DNA of 59,737 nt, the filler included, from Collodictyon triciliatum (Eukaryota), in the NCBI GenBank assembly GCA_043381765.1. It is 4 parts of 4 records of this genome, joined end to end, with 100 filler letters (N's around TTAATTAATTAA, not from the genome) between each part and the next. Parts side by side here need not be neighbours in the genome. Positions count along the whole stretch, not along the records: positions 44,893 to 59,737 come from JBHJMP010001765.1; 3 more parts are not named here. The stretch is one strand, 5' to 3'. Within the stretch, counting starts at the first letter, position 1. Each line of letters starts with the position of its first letter. Position numbers and translations under genes: made by a program. This document shows positions 51,101 to 59,737 of this stretch, piece after piece. Under the pieces are notes generated by a model, which saw only the letters and a program-made list of their open reading frames with translations, made no database searches and had not been told where the DNA came from.

Positions 51101-53784
51101 TATATTTATTTCGTTACTATTCTTTGGTAACATTGACTAATGAACATAAAATATACATGGGAAATATAAATACTTCAACAAAATAATCATGTTCACTAAA
51201 TTATTGCCAGAAAAGTTATCCCGAAGGATCATTTTTCACCGAACATATTTAATTAATGCTCAATTATTCCAGCCAAAGGTCCCACCAGTCCTACAGGGGT
51301 TACGAAAGGGACATCAATTAACCTGCTCGAAACTAAGCGCTCTAATAATATTGGTAACCACGTGCATCCTTTTCAATCAAAAAAGAAAAATAGATTTGTT
51401 AAAATCGACTTTCTCTGTGCTTGGCTACCCTTTCATCGACACCATTATACTATGTGCGATATAGGTATTATGATTGCTCGATTCAAGGTACCCCATGCCA
51501 AGGTAAAGCAAGCCATCATCGATCTGGATGAAAAGGTGTTGTCCATGGAAGATGTCAAAGCAATATCGACAAACGCACCCACACAAGAAGAGGTAAATTC
51601 AAATCGTGACATTCTACTATTACAAACTCCTATAATTTCCTTCACAAAGTGAAAAATTCTTTTGTCATGTAAGACCATTCGGCTCAAATGTTACCCTCTA
51701 AACACAACTTGATGCAGCTGGAAATGCTTGCCAATTTCACTGGTGATGTGGAGGAGCTTGGTAATTCCGAGAAATTCTTGATAGAGATTTCGCCTATTCC
51801 TCGTATTAAGAATCGGCTTGAGACTTGGTCATTCAAAAGAGGTTTTGACTCTCAGTTAGACGAAATAATTCAGGTTTCCTCCTCATCTAAAAATCAATAT
51901 TAATATATGCAAAAAAAAAAAAACTGTTGATTTTTTATGTCATATTCTACATTCTATGCAACAAGTAGCAAGTCCATCAAACTTATCGCTAATCAAAGAT
52001 GAAATATCCACGAATTAGACGGTACAGGTTATTCAAGACGCTGCTTTGGAAATGAAGCAATCAGACAAGTTCAAGAGGCTCATGGGGGTTTATAATATTT
52101 CTTAAAGTCAAAAAAAAAAAAACATTCTCTCCTTGCAATAAGCACTGGAATAAAAATTGTATTATTTTATTTTTACTTATATTAATCATGTTTACAGGTT
52201 GTACTGTACTTGGGCAACTTCTTGAATGGAACTTCATTCCGAGGAAATGCAAGCGGCTTCAAAATAGAGAGTTTGATTAAGGTTCATTTATTCGATATTA
52301 AGACTTTTTTTTTTATTCCTTATATGCATCTAGAAATCACATTAAGTGAACTACAGTCAAGAGAGAAATCTAATATGTAATTCAGATGATGGACACCAAG
52401 GCTGGCGATAACAGGACTACCCTTTTGGTTTACCTAGTTCGTTGGGTTCTGAAGAATGACTCCCAACTGAAAGACTTTGGCGAGCAATGGAGCATCGTTG
52501 AGAAGGCATCCAAATGTAACCCTTAGTAGTTTTCATGCTGTATAAATGTTTAGAAAAATCGAGTACGAATCTAAGCGAATTCGAAGATTTTCCAAACATT
52601 CTTGCTTTTTCATAGTATTCTTGTCCAACGTGGAATCCGACCTTGCGGGAATCACAAAGTCACTGCAGCTGGTAAAATCTGAAGTTGATGCATCTGCTGC
52701 AGACCATGACCGTGCATATCATGCAATAATGAGCGTATGTACCCCATAATTCTACAGAACATTATGTTATCCATTCATCCCGTATTTTTATTACTCACTG
52801 TCTTTATTCATGAATGCATAGTCATATATCGGAAAATAAGACTGATTGGAATATATCGACTTGTTCATTTTTGTTGCTTTCGCTTATTTCATATTTTCGT
52901 CATTCAATCATGTCATGAACTGTGGGATGAATCGACCACTAGGATTTCTTTGCCGATGCTGTTATGAAAAAAGAGCATACAATGTCTCTTTTGTCTGATA
53001 CGAGGAAGCAATGCGAAGAGGTTTTCAACCATGTTTATGCTTTGATGTATGGCCGAATGCCTTTGTATTGCGTGCACTTATTAATGTATCTGCCAGATGA
53101 TGGTTATGTATGGAGAAGAGCCCAAGAGTCCTCCGGAAGAATTCTTTGTGTCTGTGTCGTCGTTCAAAACGAACTTTGGGGTATGGATTTTGTTTTACCG
53201 GATACCCAGTATTATAATCCTTGAATAATGGGCGGATGCATAATTTCAATATACCTTCAGTGACTATCGATGACCTTGTGGTAAATTATAAAATTGTTGC
53301 CTCCACAGTCGAGATATTGAAAAGAGAAGAGAGAGAGGAAGAGGAAGAAATAAAATCAGATTTACTCATGTAATTCTTTTTGTCTCCTTTGTTAAATGTC
53401 AAACCCGAACACAATTAAAGAGAGCCCTGAGAGACATTGAAGTAGAAAACGAAAAAGCCAAGAAAGCAGCCAATCCCAGGGTAACATACAGCCCACTTTG
53501 CTCACTCTTTTTCCAAATTTTGGGATTTTAATTCGTTTTGCTGTCATGGCACAATTTATCATATTTACTCAATCGACTCTCAGGCCACTGTCAATCGCTC
53601 TGCCCCAGCATCTACGGCAGATAAGAAGGTAAAATGAAAAATCAGCCCTTGTCCCTCTGCGCATCTGGCGACGTCCAATATGCTGAGTTTACTAAGCTTT
53701 CCATTATAGGCAGGCATGGATAACCTGATTAGCCAACTACAAGCCGGGTCGACATTTAAGATTCGTCGGGCGCAGGGTTGGTGA
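45112..53784 (+). CDS. Diaphanous-related formin: putative ubiquitin-like domains, GBD/FH3, coiled coil, FH1, FH2 and DAD
   Basis: GBD/FH3 motif NPVTWLNEFIELGGLDVL. FH1 (PPPPPPGMMGG)n at about 50236-50441. FH2 motifs PMKQFNWVKI, NIGIMIARF, IPRIKNRL, LGNFLNGTSFRGNASGFKIESLIKMMDTK and YGEEPKSPPEEFF. C-terminal DAD-like GMDNLISQLQAGSTFKIRR. TGA at 53782-53784. Confidence 0.93.
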
Positions 53785-54487
53785 AGCGTGCAGGACGACA
53801 TTTCTTGACACTAATATCTTGATTTGTTTTTACCTCAACCCCCAACCATGCACCCCCTATGAATGAGCAGTTCTAGATAAGCTGTGTGTAATTGCTGAAT
53901 GTTGCTAGAACAAGCCCAGCAACCGGAGCTGACGAATGGAGGAAATGCTCGCCAGGTTTTAGAATTACTAGAAAAGGGCAAAAAAGCAACTACGTCAGTC
54001 TCTAGCTAAGCCCGGTGGTTCTGGACGATGTGGTGTTTCTCTCTGTTTTCTTTTTTTCCAAACTTTTCATCAACCAGAAATCCAGTCAATTTTCGCATAT
54101 AAAGCAATGCTATATGTCCTTTCACTCCTTCTCTTTCACACACGTAAGCACTCTTTGTGGCAGTCAAAAGCATGATACGAACACTCAGCGCACAAAACGG
54201 CCTGGAGAAAAAAAAAAAAAAAAGAAAAAGGAGATGCGCACCTTGACCCATGATAAAGACGATAAAACATTGGTGATGTAGACTGCGATGTAAGGAAGAA
54301 AAAGAAAACATTAGACAACGCGCGAGTAAGTTGTGACCCGGGGCCTCACTATTTCACTTTTTTATTTTATTTATTTATTCATTTAAATATTATTTATGTC
54401 GAGGACGAAGCAGAGTAGAACATAGGTGCGCCACAAGCGGCAGATGAAGAAGGTTAAGAGAAATCTGATGAGCGAAGGCACGCGGGC

Positions 54488-56672
54488 CTATGAACCCGCT
54501 TTGTTCTGCCTGGGCGGATAATTGGGCTGGTAGCTGGGGTTGTGGATGGTCACACCGGAGAGCTTAAAGGATGATTCCATCTGCGCCTGCAGCTGAGTCG
54601 AGTTCTGGTGCGGCGGCCGCGGCGAAGCGTGTTGCGACTGCTGGTCAGTACCGCGTGAGGTGTTTGCCTGATGGAAGTGGCTTGCAGCAGAGTGAGCAGC
54701 CTGCAAAGAGCGTGCGTCTGCGTGTAGCGGCGCATAGGAAAGCGCGGGTTGGGTGGGCCCCATGCCGATGCCGTAATTGTATCCGTAGCCGTATGAAGAA
54801 GACGCGATGTGTGATGGTGCAGTCGCGGGGTTGTGGAGCAAATGTTCGCGTGGGGTTGTCTGTGCAAGTTGGTATGGCAGATTGGGGGTCTGGCCATGAG
54901 GAAAGTAGAATCCCGCGCCCGCAGCGTCCATGGTCGGGATGTTTGCGGTGTGTGCGGGCTGGTACATGAAGCCTTGGTCTGGCTGGGTTTGGTATTGGTA
55001 CTGGTACGGTTGCGGGTGTTGATACGATTGCTGTTGACACGGCTGTTGTTGATATTGCGATGGAATCGACTTCTTTGGTGCACGGGGGTCTGGTGGGAGT
55101 CCGTTGTGTGGCTTCGGCGCTGGTGCAGGGTGCGGTTCTGAGTCTGAATCGGATTCTGATTTTGATTCTGATTGGGACTGCGATTGGGATTCGGACTGCA
55201 AAGAATCGTTCGATAGGGCAGACTGGCTGGAGGATTTCTGCGGCTGGGGCGGTGACGTTTCCTTGGGGCCATCAGCCTCTTTCTTGTTGTGGAGCGAGGC
55301 AGCGTCCAGCGCCGCGCCGGGGTTTGCACTCTGGTGTGGGGTTAGAGCTGGTGTTAGAATTGGGGCTGAGGTTGGGGCTGAGTCTGCCGGGTTTGCTGTG
55401 GTGTGCGCCAGCCACTGTGGCTGCTGAGATGCGGGCTTGTCCAGTGCCTCTTTGTCGCTGGCCGGAAGCAGCTGCAGCGGATGCGCCTTGGGTGGGTCGA
55501 TGAGCACCGCCGCATTCTTGTAGAGCTTTGCTGGTGGCGTTGCGATGGGATTTGAGAAATTGCGTTAAGGATTGGGGACTGCGACAGGGATGACAAACCA
55601 GGGCGCTTCTTTTTGCGGGCCGACTCTGCCTGGGGGATGTCTGTGCCGCGCAGGTCTTCGGAGGCCTCAAGGTTGCGCAGCTTCGTGCAGAGCTGGCAGT
55701 TTGTGTGCTTGTGGCGTCGCCAGTGCTGGTTGCACGCGTTGCAGAAGGCGACCCGCGCATTCAGGTAGCGGTAGACTCGCTTCTTGTCCATCCCGCACGC
55801 GGCACACACGCGCGACACCCGGTCTGCACAAGTGCGGTTGGTGAGTCCAAGAGGCCGGTGGGCAGGAAGAGAAAAGAGGAGGAAGAAAAAACGGAGAAAC
55901 AGGGAACGAGTTGGCAGGTGGGCGAAAAACAGGGAACGGATGGCGGTTGCGCACCGTTTGGCTGGGGCATCGGGGTTGGGGTTGGGGCTGGGGTTGGGGT
56001 TGGGGCTGGGGTTGGGACTGGGACTGTTATGAAGGCGAAGCTGCGTCCTGTAAATACGCCCGGCGCGTCCAGGGGCGGAGCGGTGATGCCTTCTGTGGTG
56101 TGTGGTGCCGCTGTGTGGCTGTGGCTGGGGTTGGGGTGTTGTGGCTGTGGCTGTGGCTGGGGTTGGGGCTGCGGCTGTGGGAAGGCCGGCGGGAAGGGGA
56201 ACGGGTAGGTGAGGAAGTGTGGCTGTGGCTGTGGCTGTGGCTGCGACTGTGGCTGTGGCTGGGCGTAGACAAAGGCGGGGTTTGGGAATGCGAGCGGGTC
56301 CGGGGCGAGGAGGTAGTCGGGGACTGCCGAGAGGCTGTGGGGGTCTGTGGCGAGGGCCAGCGGTCGAGGCTGTGGCTGCGTGTGTGGCTGTGGCTGTGGC
56401 TGCGGGTAGTAGGGGAAGGGCAGTGTGACAGGCGCTGCGAAGGGGTGTGTGCCGAAGGCATAGGGCGGGGCGGGGTGGGGGAAGGCGCCCACGTACGCGT
56501 GCAGCGGGGCAGCTGTGGTTGCGGCTGTGGCTGTGGCAGAGGGTGTGGCTGTGGCTGTGGCTGTGGCATAAGCCATCTGCGGCGTCATGTATGGCACAAA
56601 GCCGAAGGGGCCTGTGCCTGGTGTGCGGCCCGCGTGGAAGCCGAAAGCGTTGTCTGCACCGGCCTCGCCCAT
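54488..56672 (-). CDS. Divergent GATA-type zinc-finger protein with P/Q/Y-rich low-complexity flanks; three exons (56672-55955, 55823-55599, 55530-54488)
   Basis: Two GT-AG introns (55824-55954 and 55531-55598) join three ORF-track frames in phase. The middle exon encodes CAAC-x17-CNAC and a basic RKKKRP stretch. Confidence 0.75.
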
Positions 56673-56678
56673 GTGGTT

Positions 56679-56730
56679 GTGGTTAGTGGCTGTGGTTAGT
56701 GGCTGTGGTTAGTGGCTGTGGTTAGTGGCT
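56679..56730 (-). repeat. 13-bp tandem repeat (AGCCACTAACCAC) x4 just upstream of the GATA-gene ATG
   Basis: The plus strand reads (GTGGTTAGTGGCT)4. Confidence 0.9.
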
Positions 56731-57376
56731 GCCTCTCGACCCGCCGATCGTGTGGGTGTTGGTGCGGCGGTTTCTGTGGTGTGGGGGTGGGACGCGCGTG
56801 TGTGTGTGTGTCCCTGCCAACACGGCATGTGTCTGGTGGCGGTGTTGTTGCTATTCCGCTGCTGTGCTGCGCTGATGTTGTCTCGCTCAATCCGTCGTCC
56901 AAGAATGGGCGTGGCCCATGTGGTCAACCACTCGTCCAAAGGTGGCCTTGCTTCATGGAATTGCCATTGCGTTGGGTGGTGGTGCAAAAACCGTTGGCGT
57001 GGTTCCGTATTTTCCACATCTGTCTCAGCACTTTTGGTATCATTCGGCTAGTCCAGCGCATTTGGCTTAGTTTGGCGCGATTGGAATGTGTCTTGAAGGT
57101 GCGGCTGTGGTGGTTGGCAGCCTAAATCTGGCCAGCGTTTTTCTTTCTATCAACTACTTTCTTTGTCTTGCACACAATCTGCACCCATATCTCGCCAACA
57201 GATTAATGAATAACAGGCTAAAGAAATTCTGTTTTTATTTCCACATACGTATTGGGTTTTATGTGCATGCCTTTTCTCTCATCTTCAAGGCTCGAAACCC
57301 GTTCAGTCTCCTATCTCACCGATTATTCAGTGCCATCAGGGTGTATTTATTTACGCAACTCCTCCTTCCTAGTAAT

Positions 57377-59650
57377 TTACCATTCAGACTCTGTATCCGA
57401 ATCGCCTGAACTGTCGCTTTCACAAAGAACCGTTCGTCTGTGACTGTGTCGATTGACAGAATTTCGATGGTTAATCATGCTATCATGGCAATCGTTTTCC
57501 ATTCTAAACTTTCACGCCATGCCACCACAGCTTCTCTTAGACTTTAAAAAATTTCGGATATTTTCGTTTGCAATGGGCATTCATGAGTTTCGAGTTTAAT
57601 TTAAAATAATAATATTATATACTCCTTTTTGTCATTTCTTCAAAAAAATGTTTGTTAATGAGGGGTTTCTTTTTCAACAATGTGATTATAGCCTCACGCC
57701 ATAGCTCTGGCCAAGTTCGATGCAAGGTTGTCTGCCCTAGCCGAGTGTATGAAGGTTCTTTCCCTTGCATTGCTTTCATCCGAAATGTCGACCTACAAAA
57801 AAGACCCGGGTCAAACTAGATTCACCCACTTTTTCTTTTAAAGGGTATTAGAGGTCTGGCGAATCCACACTTTACTCAAAACACCAGAGTATACCTTCCG
57901 CAGTTGTTTCCCGTCCCGGATGCATTGAAGAAGCTCGTTCCGGTCAGGTCTAAGAATATATGTGTTGTAAAAATTTAGTGTTTATATGTGTTTTGCGTCA
58001 GTCTTTTTCTGAGATTACGATGGCTCACAGTTGAGGTTTTATGTATCATACATCCAATGAAAAAAGAGAAATGGCTTTGAAAACTGAAATGAATGGATAA
58101 ATTAGCAAATAATAAATCAAAACATACTTTATCACGCTTGATATTGTGCTTGTCTGTTTATCAATTTTTGTATCGCCTTCTTTTCTCTTGGATGAAGTAT
58201 CACCCATGTGCAGGTGCGGTTGGGCCATCGGTGGCGGTGGCGGCGGTGGTGGTGGCAACGGTGCTGAAAATATGCAAGGATTTCCAAGTCCGTCTGATAC
58301 TCTCAAATCTGCATCCCTTAACTGCGGGGAAAGTGGACCCTGATTCGCCATGTCGTGCAGCTGTTCGTTGACAATCGCCGCAACCATCTAGCATAATTGA
58401 TGAGTACGCATGGCACCTTCTTTGACTTTTTTTTTTCGAAAGTGATGCCCACTTCAAAAAAAAAAAAAAGAAGTATTATGTTATCCAAAAGCAACGCACA
58501 AACAGAAAGAAAAATTAAGGCATTTGTGAGAAGGGCAACATCAGGTAGGTAAATAGAGTATTGGATATCTCAAACAACCGTTGCAGTTCCTCTGTCCTTC
58601 AAATCTCTCTTCTTGATTCCCGCTTGCTGGAAAATTGCTACCAAATCGTGAGGCAAATTGTTCAACTAGGTGGAATATTTGACAATTAATATCCCTTTTT
58701 CATTTAAACCTTCCTTTTTTCTTTTCCTTACTTTTCGAATTGATATAGATTATGAAAACTTCATTATTAAAAATTATAAAATTGTTAGTGATAAAAATGT
58801 TTCTGATAATATCCAATATGTACATATAACCCTTTAATCGAATAAAGGGGAAAAAATATGTGCATATAACCCAATGACGTGGTTGTTATTACTACAAACA
58901 AATCAAAGGTATTATCAGTCAACCAGGAATAACTATTTTATTTTGAGAACCTGAAAGCCATCCTGTTGGTTCCACCCTATATGACTGACATGCTTGAAAT
59001 CAGTGGGAGGGCTGATATGTATATCCCTTGCTTCAATCCTTTTTCCTCCTGATTTATTCGAAATTGATAAGTGATTCATAAGCTCTAATGAAAAAAAACC
59101 TAAACGCCAAACGTTGCGATAAATTACATCTCAAAATTTATGATGAGGGCACACCGGTCTACCTACTTCTAAACATGTGAGCAAATCTAGAGGTAGCACC
59201 TTTGGCGTTCGTTTACATATAATTGGTAAGGCAATTGCAAATTAATCCGTTTTGCATGAACGTCTAAAAGGTGCAGATGCCACTTGTGTTCCAAATGGAC
59301 AGATTGAACTGGAGGTGAGTTGATTTCTTGCCGACAAACCTGCCTTGTTGTAAGAGCTCGGCAAAAATTTAGACCGGAAAGATTTGATTGAGGCATCGTC
59401 TTGAACTTGATTCAACGTTGCATGCGGCAGGGAAGTACTTTGCTTCAAGCTAACTGGCATATATAATTTTTTCTATTTAATTAATAAGAACGTTTTTTCT
59501 CCCTGTAAGATAAATCTATACCATAGTCTAAATCTTTATTTCGTAAACGTAATAAATGATTTTACATTCCCCAGCTTTTGCTTTCAAAATAGACTCATTG
59601 AACTTGTCTGCATCGTGTTTGTCTGCAAAGGCTATCCCAATCACCTTATC
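57377..59650 (-). CDS. WASP: WASP-family Arp2/3 activator (WH1 end, CRIB/GBD, polyproline, WH2, C and A regions), 5'-truncated
   Basis: Exons read DKVIGIAFADKHDADKF (WH1 end), ISPPTDFKHVSHIGW (CRIB), LNNLPHDLVAIFQQAGI (GBD), a polyproline run, PDRNELLQCIRDGKQLRKV (WH2), LASNLARAMAHRR (C) and ESDSSGDSDTESEW* (acidic, terminal Trp). The polyproline-to-WH2 junction needs an unresolved small exon. Confidence 0.92.
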
Positions 59651-59737
59651 CTGTATTTTTTCAATATTAAAAAAAAAAAAAAAAAAAAGGAAGTAGGACA
59701 GTCAGTTTGACACCAATCTAAAAGAATATAAAAGAAA

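Noticed and set aside
56679-56730. GGTTAG-containing repeat as telomeric sequence
   Set aside because: The unit is 13 bp, internal, and contains no TTAGGG.
54550-57125. Many alternative ORFs across the GATA gene
   Set aside because: They are antisense or out-of-frame readings of GC-rich low-complexity codons.

Overview
Eukaryotic nuclear DNA, most likely from a flagellated protist (it encodes an axonemal dynein and a WASP). The window is not one locus. It is four unrelated scaffolds (1-14882, 14983-29839, 29940-44792, 44893-59737) of decreasing length, joined by identical 100-nt artificial spacers (N44-TTAATTAATTAA-N44). Scaffold 1: tRNA-Lys(CUU), a ~38-exon HEAT-repeat gene, and a GC-rich LRR+SEL1 exon. 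Scaffold 2: an intronless acyltransferase-3 gene, a decayed zone (possible LINE relic, kinase pseudogene), a 22-exon secreted CocE/NonD hydrolase, and an unrecognised multi-exon gene. Scaffold 3: a 56-exon fragment of an inner-arm dynein heavy chain. Scaffold 4: a Diaphanous-type formin with three putative N-terminal ubiquitin-like domains, a divergent GATA-finger protein, and a WASP. Exons were spliced by hand in the standard code. The most striking signal is intron architecture: about 8 introns per kb of CDS, very degenerate donors, frequent A-rich/AAG acceptors without a polypyrimidine tract, U-rich 5' and A-rich 3' intron halves, and recurrent TnAn palindromes. This suggests, by inference only, structure-assisted splicing. 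No CRISPR array, rRNA or intact transposon was seen.
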